A stretch of DNA of 63,814 nucleotides, counting the filler, from Octopus bimaculoides (Eukaryota): NCBI RefSeq assembly GCF_001194135.2. It is 5 parts of 5 records of this genome, joined end to end, with 100 filler letters (N's around TTAATTAATTAA, not from the genome) between each part and the next. Parts side by side here need not be neighbours in the genome. Positions count along the whole stretch, not along the records: positions 51,485 to 60,645 come from NC_068992.1; positions 60,746 to 63,814 come from NC_069003.1; 3 more parts are not named here. One strand, 5' to 3'. Each line of letters starts with the position of its first letter. Within the stretch, counting starts at the first letter, position 1. The translations under genes and the position numbers were made by a program. The notes beneath the pieces are model-generated. The model searched no databases and had not been told where the DNA came from. It was given only the letters and a program-made list of their open reading frames with translations. Shown here one piece after another: positions 53,010-63,814 of the stretch.

Positions 53010-53375
53010 TTATCAATACTTAACATTATATGCATTATAAGCACTATAAGCATTATTAATACATACATTATCCGCATTGCATGCATTATGTGTAACCATT
53101 GAAAAAAAAATACACACATCATATGCGGTATATATACTATAAGCCTTACAAACATTATAAGCCTTATGTACGTTATCTTTATTATATACATTATGAGACT
53201 TTGAAGCATTATATGCATCACAAGCTTTATAAATATACGCATTAGAAGCATAATATTATAAGCATTTTATGGTTCATTAATACGATAAGCATAATAAGCA
53301 TTCTAAGCACTATAAACATTATAAAATGTTATAATAGTTCTATGCATTATAAAGCATTTAATGCACTATAAGCTC
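53010..53375. repeat. Degenerate 9-bp minisatellite (ATAAGCATT)n
   Basis: Recurring AAGCATTAT/AAGCACTAT/AAACATTAT variants. It produces the pseudo-ORF IML-IML on the minus strand. Confidence 0.75.
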
Positions 53376-54312
53376 TAATCTGAGACAGAGATAGAAATTT
53401 TGAGACACTGATATGGCCGACAGTAAGATTATAGTGACCATATAATCAATTACAAATTACAAAAAGGCTCAGGACTTAAAAACTCACTGAACTAACGAGG
53501 GGAGACAGTAAGAAACTATTAGAAATAACAGTCAAATGTCTCTCAAATCTCGCCTTGATATCACGAAGAAGGAGGATTTGTATAATTTAGGTCTAGATTG
53601 CACGCACAAAGGAAATATTGTGGGGTGGTCATAGCTGAATAATTTTGATGATAAGGCTGCTTAATCAAAGTTGATTCACCATTGAGTAACAATAACAACA
53701 ACAACAGCAGCAACAACAATAACAACAACAGCAATAGCAGCAGTAGCTGCAGCAACAACAACAACTGCTACAAGAATAATTTTATTCGACGTAATACGAT
53801 GTAGTAATGAATAATTTTATATCGGATAATATTGTTATTAGATATATGATTCCGGGAAACAAAGACAGAATGGTCAACTGTGGAAGGCTTTAGATAAAAC
53901 AGAGGTCTGACCGATGGCGTGTCGACTTGGAGTCGCACACCAACGCCAACAGAAAGAGCAAGCAAAAAAAAAAAACTTTTTTGTTTCAACATTAACGTTG
54001 ATCCAAAGTCAATGTTAAGTTATCAACGAAAAATATGTAATTAAGTCAATGTTCCCTCAGGCTATCACTGGTAGTTGTTTTATCAACTGGATACTAAAGC
54101 ATGTTAAGAGATTAATGTTATTTAACAATATCGCTGTTTTTAAGTTGCTTTTCACACACAATGATTTTTAAACAGCTAACAGAATAGATTTAACCTTTTT
54201 CTTCTCACGATTTACAGATACAGACACTCTCACAGACGCCCACATATCCGAACATATATTCATATCCTCAGACACGATCGTCTGTCTGTCTATCTGTCTG
54301 TCTATCTGTCTG

Positions 54313-54385
<73 letters not shown>

Positions 54386-54386
54386 G

Positions 54387-54444
<58 letters not shown>

Positions 54445-54466
54445 GTATCTATCTATCTATCTATCA

Positions 54467-54520
<54 letters not shown>

Positions 54521-54839
54521 ATATCTATCTATCTATCTATGCATGTAGACACACGCACGCACGCACGAACGCACGCACACACACACATATATATATTATA
54601 TATATATGACACACACACGCACTTATATATGCACACATATCCTCACAAACAGACACATACATCTTTAACTAAAAATATACGTATATACATGTGTGTGTGT
54701 GCGTGTGAGTGTGTGTGTGTGTGTGTGAGTGTGTATACATATTTGCTTGAATATATACGTATATAAGTATGCATATATGTATTTGCATATATATGGATAT
54801 ATACATATATGTATATGTATATAGATATACATACATACG

Positions 54840-54870
<31 letters not shown>

Positions 54871-55859
54871 ATNNNNNNNNNNNNNNNNNNNNNNNNNNNN
54901 NNNNNNNNNNNNNNNNNNNNNNNNNNNNNNNNNNNNNNNNNNNNNNNNNNNNNNNNNNNNNNNNNNNNNNNNNNNNNNNNNNNNNNNNNNNNNNNNNNNN
55001 NNNNNNNNNNNNNNNNNNNNNNNNNNNNNNNNNNNNNNNNNNNNNNNNNNNNNNNNNNNNNNNNNNNNNNNNNNNTTGTTACCAAAAGGTATCCACTTCG
55101 TAAAATTGTATCAGAACTGAGCCAGAAATAAATTTAGAATTCCATTACGCCGTTATAAATATCTCTACTTTATATTAATAATTTGTGTTTTTTGTTTGTA
55201 TATATTTCGGAGAGCTGAGGATTTCTTATGTGAACACATACATACATACACACGCACAGGTACACGCACGCGCGTACACAAACACTTCATTTTTGTATCT
55301 GGTTTTAAGATTTTTTATGTGAATTCGTGTGATGAAATAAATTTTGTTGTGTCTAGGGAGAGACAGTTAACACACGCTTATATATACAGAGACAATTGGT
55401 GAGAACTAGATATGTTCAGTATAGAAAATACAGAGCAGTTCTCAAATGAATTTGAACTTAAATTCTGAATTCTTCATCCAGAGCAAGGCCCACGTGGTAA
55501 AATTGGCTATAAAAAAATCTAAAGCAAGCTGATACATTGGAAGTAATACAGATAAACACAATTAGGCTTAACACATACATATGTTGTTGAAATTCCAATG
55601 AAGGAAGCTTGGATCTAGTTTAGAAATCGGCTCTTTCTCTATTGGCAAGAAATCTTGAAATAAAACCGAATAATGACATACATACATACATACACACACA
55701 TACATACATATATACATACATACGTAGACACACACATACAAACACATATAAATACATACACATACATACATACACGCACACATAGATACATACGTACGTA
55801 CATACATCTACATATTACGTTGGATTTCTTTCATAGTCTGTCTGTCCCCCGTTTGTATT

Positions 55860-55911
<52 letters not shown>

Positions 55912-56960
55912 CACTACGAATTCATATGCCAGTTAAGCAGTATAAAAATGGATATACCGGCACACACACACGAACACACGTATGCGCATATACTCTCTCT
56001 TAAAATTTCACGCACACACACGCAATGGATGTGGGCTGAGTTAAGGAAAAAGGTTGGAAACCTCTTTTCAACTACTACGTAATATNNNNNNNNNNNNNNN
56101 NNNNNNNNNNNNNNNNNNNNNNNNNNNNNNNNNNNNNNNNNNNNNNNNNNNNNNNNNNNNNNNNNNNNNNNNNNNNNNNNNNNNNNNNNNNNNNNNNNNN
56201 NNNNNNNNNNNNNNNNNNNNNNNNNNNNNNNNNNNNNNNNNNNNNNNNNNNNNNNNNNNNNNNNNNNNNNNNNNNNNNNNNNNNNNNNNNNNNNNNNNNN
56301 NNNNNNNNNNNNNNNNNNNNNNNNNNNNNNNNNNNNNNNNNNNNNNNNNNNNNNNNNNNNNNNNNNNNNNNNNNNNNNNNNNNNNNNNNNNNNNNNNNNN
56401 NNNNNNNNNNNNNNNNNNNNNNNNNNNNNNNNNNNNNNNNNNNNNNNNNNNNNNNNNNNNNNNNNNNNNNNNNNNNNNNNNNNNNNNNNNNNNNNNNNNN
56501 NNNNNNNNNNNNNNNNNNNNNNNNNNNNNNNNNNNNNNNNNNNNNNNNNNNNNNNNNNNNNNNNNNNNNNNNNNNNNNNNNNNNNNNNNNNNNNNNNNNN
56601 NNNNNNNNNNNNNNNNNNNNNNNNNNNNNNNNNNNNNNNNNNNNNNNNNNNNNNNNNNNNNNNNNNNNNNNNNNNNNNNNNNNNNNNNNNNNNNNNNNTT
56701 ATACATGTTATTTAAATAATTGTGTAACATTTGCTCAAAATAAATAAGAAAGCGATGTTGGAATTTTGCTGACTGAGAAAATATAACGTTAAATACATTT
56801 TATGTACATAGCGTGAAAACTGATTTTCTCAGTATTTACTTTTCAAAATGTAAATTCAATTTTTACCAATTCCAATCGAAACCAAATATGTGATATGTTC
56901 AAATATAACTTTTTTCTTAATATTTCTTGTAAATTCTCAATTTATGTATTTTCCATTTAC

Positions 56961-57005
<45 letters not shown>

Positions 57006-58848
57006 CTTTTTTTTTGCATCATTTTCTGAAAGTCAATATTGGTCTATTTTGAATACTTGCGAAGACTATATAAATATTAGAAGCTTATATGTGACGTAGA
57101 TATGTTCTTACATTTCCCAAGAGCATGTCTGTTATGAGAGAGAAATGAAGTATATGTTGAACCGGAAGTGAGAACCATTTTGTGTTTTGCAGACTCAAAT
57201 CACTTGTAGCCTCCATTTTGTTTTTCTTCTTTCCAACCCCTGTTTTAATGACCGATCAAGTATTTCAAGCATTATTAGTGCAATTTTTTGGAATGGTATT
57301 TTCTTGAAATAGCTTCTGGTTTACGGTTATTGCATTTAGTATTTTTGCTTCACAAGTTTTGGTGAAACTTACGGTAGAATTTTTAGTCCAACTTCAGTTC
57401 ACTTCACCTACATTGATACTGACAATAAGTTGCATATCTATTGTTAATACAATCCCGTGTTATGAACACAAATTCGTCGTAAAGGAGAAGCCGTTCTCCT
57501 GCGACGAAGCAACAGTGATTAGCATAGTCACGTAAGAGTCTGCTGGGATGTATTAAGAATAAATACGCGTGTCATCCGTTTGAATTTCGCTGGTCACCGT
57601 GCAAACGACTATTATGTTGCTAATGTATTACGAAAAAATCTCATGATCCTCAAATTACGAACTCATGTCTTTTAGATGTGAATCCTTGTATTTATTTAAA
57701 CATTTTACTCTTACTTGTTCTGTAGGACGTGAATAATGGACATAGGATCATGGGAGCTAAATATCCCCATTTTGAAAATGGTTGCTGATCCCAATTCCTT
57801 AATTTCCTCCTTTCTTACCAACCCCTGGGATTTTTTCAATATAAGACTGACCGGTGCGGCAGAGCAAGACGTAACTTCCAAATAAGCCAGTAACTCATAG
57901 ATGTTTCTTGGTTTAAACGATTCCATTTCGTTTTCTTACGTAACGCTCTTCAGAAAAGAACGTTACAGAGTTGTCTTCCTTGTTTATTGACATATAACGA
58001 TGACTGAATTAATATACAGCATCAAGTGAGCACGCATGGGTGTGCTTTTTGTCTCTTAATACCAGGGATTCTTGTTATCCCTAGCCGCTTTAGTTATCAG
58101 TGGGTAACCCAGAGTTAAATATTTCGTTGCTGTAAGAAACAACAGTAACAACAATATTGTGAATCAAGTGGGTGCTTCGTTAACTCTTAAGAACGAGTTT
58201 GGGACTTCTATGGGTTTTGACTGTATTAGAAGCGCTGACAATATGATTTTTCTTTGAATCTGAAAACTGACTCATAAGCATGAATGCGAACAAGAATATT
58301 TCAGAGTCTCTAGGAATAACGCAAAACAACTCCTATTGGTCGAGTCTGCAATATCAGTTATGGTTCTGATTGTTGAAACAGTTTAAAATTTTAACCGTTT
58401 ATGGATTAAAACGAAAGGTTCACAGAATTTCATTTCTCTTTCAACAATATACTCTCTTGGTGGTGTTTGATCAAAATAAATCAATATTGACAGATTATCG
58501 ATGATTTCTTTGGCTATTACAAATACCATTGTTTCGATCTCCAATTTATTATAAAGCCATGTCTATGATTTTAATTCTTTGACGTCGTCGTTGTTGTCTT
58601 TTTTCCACTTATAATACTAAACTAACGTTTATATTTCTATCTATAAAAAGAACGATTTCTATTTTCTATCTGTTTCATGTATGCATTAAAATCGAAAAAA
58701 AAAAACCAACAAAAAACAAAAAAAACCCAAGTGCTGAAAAAATCTATAATCAGTCTAAAACACGTAATTGTTTGTGTCTTTATTAATAATTGATATGTTT
58801 TTCTCAATCTTTTACTTTCTAATTTTGACTTTTTCATATTTGAAGCTA

Positions 58849-59023
58849 CCGCATTTACTCGTGTATAAGTCGCACTCGTGTAAAGTTGCAACTCTAATTT
58901 CGTGTTATATCTTCGTACAAAATGTTTCTCTTTTATAGTTTTAGCTTTGCTAAATCGAGCCCAGTTTTTTTTTTAGCTTAAATCAATTATAACATGGTGT
59001 GAGTTATACACAAGTAAATACGG
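58849..59023. mobile_element. pogo/Tigger-like MITE (175 bp)
   Basis: TIRs CCGCATTTACTCGTGTATAAGTC and (reverse complement) CCGTATTTACTTGTGTATAACTC; TA on the left and TG on the right. Confidence 0.62.
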
Positions 59024-59147
59024 TGATTTAAAATTCTAAATTGTGTGTAGTGCGTAAGATAAGTTCCTGGTGAGTTGATCCTTGTTCTATAATACTTAGA
59101 TTTTGTGAAAGTTCTTTGTATTATAGACACAAGGTTTGAAATATTGG

Positions 59148-59326
59148 AGGAGGGAGCCAGTCGATTACATCGACCGCAGTACTCAACTGGTACTTATGTT
59201 ATCGACACCGAAAAGTTGAAAAGCAAAATCGTTCTCGGCGGATTTTGAACTCAGAGAGTAAAACCCGAAGAAATACTTCAAAGCATTTTGTCCGGCGTGC
59301 TATCGACACAGCCAGCTCGTCGCCTT
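59148..59326 (-). mobile_element. tRNA-derived SINE, family A
   Basis: AGTCGATTACATCGACCGCAGTACTCAACTGGTACTTAT...TTTGAACTCAGA...GCCAGCTCGTCGCCTT. Confidence 0.88.
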
Positions 59327-59859
59327 TCATTTTGTAAAAATAAAGGGCAACAAATGTATTCCAATAGTTTAAGAAGTCAAAGCCTGAAGTAACAAGCATT
59401 ACTGTGTACTGTTACGATTATTGCTGCGTTGGTATGAAAATCGCTCAGCAAACAAAACGTGATTTCAGATCTAACCTCACTGCTCAAGACCTTGAGAAAG
59501 CATCTTTTACCATAGCCCCGATTCAATCCAAAGCTTGTGAATGAGATTGGGTTGATGGACTCTCAACAGAAGTGTGGGACGTCAGACGGGAAACTTGTTC
59601 ATGTAAATGGTAAATACGATTTCCTTAATCCATTTGGTATCGCCATGGGTGAATTCCAAACCTACCTTCATAAGTTTGGAATTCACTGTATTATAACTGT
59701 TTGGACCAGAAATCTCTTTCCGAAAATTGCTCCATTCCTTCTTTCTTACTGCTGTGACCTATGAAACATGGTCTCATTATACATTCCATCCCTGCAAGTC
59801 TCAGAATTCATGCGCAAGGTTATATGCCGATGCATTTACAAGAACAACAACAACGACAA

Positions 59860-60065
59860 AAACAACTGCTTTGCTGGGGACAGCTAGGATTTTGAGATTG
59901 GTACTTGGATGTTGAATGTCTTCTACGGTAATTAACAACCAATTATCAAAGCTTATTATGTGCAGAAAGAGACCCTGTGAGACCTCTGACAACAGGCTGC
60001 TACCCGCTCTCACAGAATCAACCAGAGCAAACAAAACCGATGGCTTTGAGAAATAGAACAACAAT
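59860..60065 (+). mobile_element. Dong/R4-like LINE extreme 3' end
   Basis: KTTALLGTARILRLVLGC* matches the C-terminal LQK.ALLGTARILR motif also seen at 63250-63610. It is followed by a 3' UTR and a (TAG)/(TAA)n tail. Confidence 0.7.
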
Positions 60066-60168
60066 AATACTAATGATAGTAGTAGTAGTAATAGTAGTAG
60101 TAGTAGTAGTAGTAGTAATAGTAATAATAGTAGTAATAATAATAATAACGATGATGATGATGATGATG

Positions 60169-60210
<42 letters not shown>

Positions 60211-60218
60211 GTAGTATT

Positions 60219-60645
60219 ATGAAAGATCCAGAAAGAACTCCCCATTGGATGGCAAAAGGTATTATTTACCTCCTCCCGAAAAATAACGAAACCAAAGACC
60301 CAAAAAACTACCGGCCTATAACATGTTTGTCTACTACCTATAAGATTTTGACATCTATTCTAGTGGAGAAAACATATACGTTTATGGAAGAGAATAACCT
60401 CTTTCCCACTGAACAGAAAGGATGCAGACGAGGCTCATACGGATGCAAAGATCAGCTCTTAATTAATCGCATGATCCTTGAGAACTGCCATAACAAGCGC
60501 AGAAATCTCAGCTCTTCATGGATTGATTATAAAAAAGCCTTTGACAGCATACCACATTCGTGGATTTTGAAATCGCTGGACATTTTCAAAATTTCTCCTG
60601 TGATTTCAGATTTTTTAAAGTATAATATGTCACTATGGAACACAA
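60219..60645 (+). mobile_element. Dong/R4-like LINE RT fragment (cut by gap)
   Basis: ..YLLPK..DPKNYRPITCLSTTYKILTS..EQKGCRRGSYGCKDQLLIN..WIDYKKAFDSIPHSWI.. are RT subdomains 1-4 typical of R4/Dong-clade elements. The fragment starts immediately after (TAA)n. Confidence 0.88.
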
Positions 60646-61065
60646 NNNNNNNNNNNNNNNNNNNNNNNNNNNNNNNNNNNNNNNNNNNNTTAATTAATTA
60701 ANNNNNNNNNNNNNNNNNNNNNNNNNNNNNNNNNNNNNNNNNNNNATTCATCAAACTTTTTACAAGGAAAATGCTGAGAATGCCTTCGCTGGAAAGTGTA
60801 TTGAAAGAGAGCTGGCTGAGACTTCGAAGTTACTGTCAACCAACTGATGCAACCAACGAAAGGGTGCTTCCTCGTGGTCGCCCGTTTCGCTAGAAACAGT
60901 AGCGAAGTCTCCCTCATATCACAGTTTGTTGTGTTGGGAAGGAAGAGTATATATTAGATAAGGTTGCGATGTTAGAAATAACAAACAGACGGTGTGGTCA
61001 TGACAGGAAGTTGTTTGCTCATAGGCTTGCTCAGTCGGGAGCGAAACTACAACAGCAGCAGTAGC

Positions 61066-61107
<42 letters not shown>

Positions 61108-61238
61108 CAGTCAGTGCACTACATGAATTCGTTCCCTAACCACTGCTTCGCCCCAGCTAACATGTTTTTCATAATCAGCAATAGCGGTAAACAACGGCAA
61201 CAATAATGACGACGACAACAACAACAGCAACAACAATA

Positions 61239-61278
<40 letters not shown>

Positions 61279-62288
61279 TTACTACTACTACGACAACGGC
61301 GGTTGTGGCGACGGCGACAACAGCAGCAGCAACAACAACAACGGTTGACTTTACTTAACATACTTAGTTTTAATCTTAACAGAACGTAAACCGTCTAACC
61401 TAAATATCAAGAGAAATTCTTTTACGGGTGAAGGGCATGGTAGGATTAAAAATAAATGTAGAAGGATTTAATTTCAGATTCGGATTGTTTGCGAGCGTGA
61501 GGGGCTTGAGGGCTTTTCGTATTGCTTGCCTGTGTACTTGCTTGATTGCTTACTTGCTCCTTGCTTATTTACTCGCTTGTGTTTCTTTGGTTATCTGGAT
61601 AGTTGGTTGATTGGTTGGTTGGCTGGTTGGTTGGTTCTCTACGGTATACTCAACCACTTACGCCATAGAATATAGATTGACTATAGCCTATAAAGTCGAA
61701 GAACTAACTTTTTCTCACAGTTTTACGATAATCTACTTGAGGTCTACGTTTAGGGCACACTTGCGTTTGGCTCAGGACTCGGCAACTTCTTGTTCTAAAA
61801 GCCTATGGTTCCAACATCTACAAGTGTACGGAAAAAAAAACCTCCCAGGTTCGCGATTCTTGGCCGTGTAAAATAAGGGAGGTTTTTCCGCTGCAACTTG
61901 TATGTTATATTTTACATATAAAAAAAGAACTCCTCGTATTCCCCTCCCCCATTTCCATCTTTAACATTGCTTATGTAACTAAAACTTAAATTCAACAAAT
62001 CGCGACTAAATATGCGTGTGTAGATGTGTGTGTAGATGTGTGTGTGTGTGTGTGCGTATAATGAATACACATATGTATATGAATGTCTGCTTTTATGTAG
62101 AGTTATATGCAAAAACAATTTGCATTAAACTAAAGGATTACTCACTACTTATACATGTTTATTAAACTTTTTACAAGGGAAAAATTGCCAGTGACTTAGA
62201 AATTTTGGCTACAAGCCTTCCTCAGACAGTCTAACGAAGGCCAGCAAGCCGAAACTTCGAACCTTTTCATTGTTAAAAATTTAATCAG

Positions 62289-62349
<61 letters not shown>

Positions 62350-62961
62350 TGTGAGAGAGAGAGCGAGAGNNNNNNNNNNGGGGGGGGGGGGAGAGGTATA
62401 CCATGTTAGCTGCCACGTTCGTACCTGATATTAAACAAAATTTTGAATATGAAAACATTTAAAATTTCGGCCGAGAAAGCAGCGGCGCTAAGCAGTTGTG
62501 GTTATGAATGATATCATTATTGTATATTATTTGCTGCTAATATTAATGGCTACTGGGAATTTATCGACCGGAACGGCACTCTAGCAGACACTTGCAGACT
62601 TTTCACTGCTCACTGACATTTCAAATTTCTTTAGAATCGATGCAATCCAATTAAATTTGATGGCGTCCGCATTTTGAAGTTTTGATTTTCAAAATGGCCG
62701 AACAACGCCTTTGGCAGACGACAGCAGTAACAACAACAACAACGTCTTAATGGGCTCCTCCATCTTAGCTCCTCCTGACAGACATTGAAAACCGTCTTTA
62801 TTTCTTCTCCTATCTCATTGCCGTTGTTTGAGGTTTTAGGGAGCAATTGTTTAGCTCCTTACTGAAGTAGGCTGCCAGTCAAATCTAGTTTGCTTCTTCG
62901 GTTTAGATGTTGCTCTTGTTGTTGTTGCTACTCCTACTGTTACAGGCGATCTTTTTGTTGC

Positions 62962-63035
<74 letters not shown>

Positions 63036-63036
<1 letters not shown>

Positions 63037-63250
63037 GGCGGCGAGTTGGCAGAAACGTTAGCACGCCGGACGAAATGCTTGGTGGCATTTCGTCCGTCTT
63101 TATGTTCTGAATTCAAATTCCGCCGAGGTCGACTTTGCCTTTCACCGTTACGACGGTCGATAAAATAAGTACCAGTTACGCACTGGCGTCGATGTAATCG
63201 ACTTAATTCCTTCCCCAAAATTTGAGGCCTTGTGCTTCCAGTAGAAAGGA
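63036..63250 (+). mobile_element. tRNA-derived SINE, family A (young)
   Basis: GGCGGCGAGTTGGCAGAAACGTTAGCACGCCGGACGAAATGC...TTCAAATTCCGCCGAGGTCGACTTTGCC...GTCGATAAAATAAGTACCAGTTACGCACTGG. Confidence 0.93.
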
Positions 63251-63610
63251 TTATTATTATTATTATTTCATTGTCTTTGCACAGCTTTTGACGCTGGAGA
63301 TGTATTACAGTGTCAGCTGTTCACTCCCAGTGAACTAAGGCAACACCTCTTATTTTTCGAGCACCATCCGGAGTATTCGTGCGGTTCCAAGCACTGCTAT
63401 TTTCTGCAAGTGCTCCACCCTTATTGCAGCCCCTATTTATTCCATCTACTTCTCAAGATTTTTACTCACTGTTCTCAGAGCTTCAACAGTTATTGGTACT
63501 ACTATCTCACCTTTCTCAGCGACTACAACTGCTTACCCTCCCAAGCTAACCTGTTATATCTATCGGCTTTTCTTTCTTCCGTATCGCATACCTTGTTGTC
63601 AGCTGGGGTA
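63250..63610 (-). mobile_element. Dong/R4-like LINE 3' end (REL endonuclease C-terminus), degenerate
   Basis: The minus strand reads ..EIVVPITVEALRTVSKNLEK*ME*IGAAIRVEHLQKIAVLGTARILRMVLEK*, ending in a (TAA)n tail at 63251-63268. Confidence 0.8.
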
Positions 63611-63775
63611 CAAATATACGTATACCCGTCTGACAAGGCTACAGCAGACACATGCATCACAACCATATGTGTGCGACATGGTGGTCTCAAATCAACATAA
63701 ACAGCGCATGACCTTGCAGGTGGGGTCCAGTTAGAATTTTCTTCAAGTCGAGTAGCCCATCCAGCTCAAAAGGTC

Positions 63776-63814
<39 letters not shown>

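Noticed and set aside
57470-57510. C2H2 zinc-finger linker-like EKPFSCDE
   Set aside because: There is no second Cys or His pair and a stop follows shortly, so this is a chance match.
57711-57926. 71-aa minus-strand ORF (MESFKPRNIYELL...) and its antisense 49-aa frame
   Set aside because: No recognisable domain or convincing splice/start context, and the length is within chance expectation.
30252-60701. TTAATTAATTAA motif in the middle of N runs (30252, 39815, 51429, 60690)
   Set aside because: An identical 12-mer with stops in all six frames, centred in ~100-bp gaps, is a scaffolding linker and not biology.

Overview
This is animal genomic DNA from a draft assembly: AT-rich, full of microsatellites, with about 9 kb (~14%) of N gaps. 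The tRNA-derived SINE families, RTE/Dong/Penelope relics and microsatellite density point to an octopus (inference, not checked). I can support no intact protein-coding gene; almost all ORF-track entries come from microsatellites or gaps. Recognisable elements are a nearly full-length 1.29-kb maT/DD37D-type Tc1/mariner with a dead transposase (44806-46099), a fold-back pair of mariner 5' halves (25283-26171), RTE LINE fragments (RT core, PHD-like finger, many 3' tails), Dong/R4 fragments at (TAA)n tracts, a Penelope GIY-YIG fragment, several MITEs, a Helentron-like element and many SINEs. The main unexplained structure is a five-copy, diverged tandem duplication across ~16.4-30.2 kb. Its ~1-kb core carries decayed coding signal that most resembles an intronless Cys-loop (nAChR-like/chemotactile-receptor-like) gene on the minus strand. 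The same core also holds a 102-nt splice-site-bounded cassette on the plus strand, complete in three copies and gap-truncated in a fourth. Both readings are hypotheses that need an HMM or RNA-seq test.
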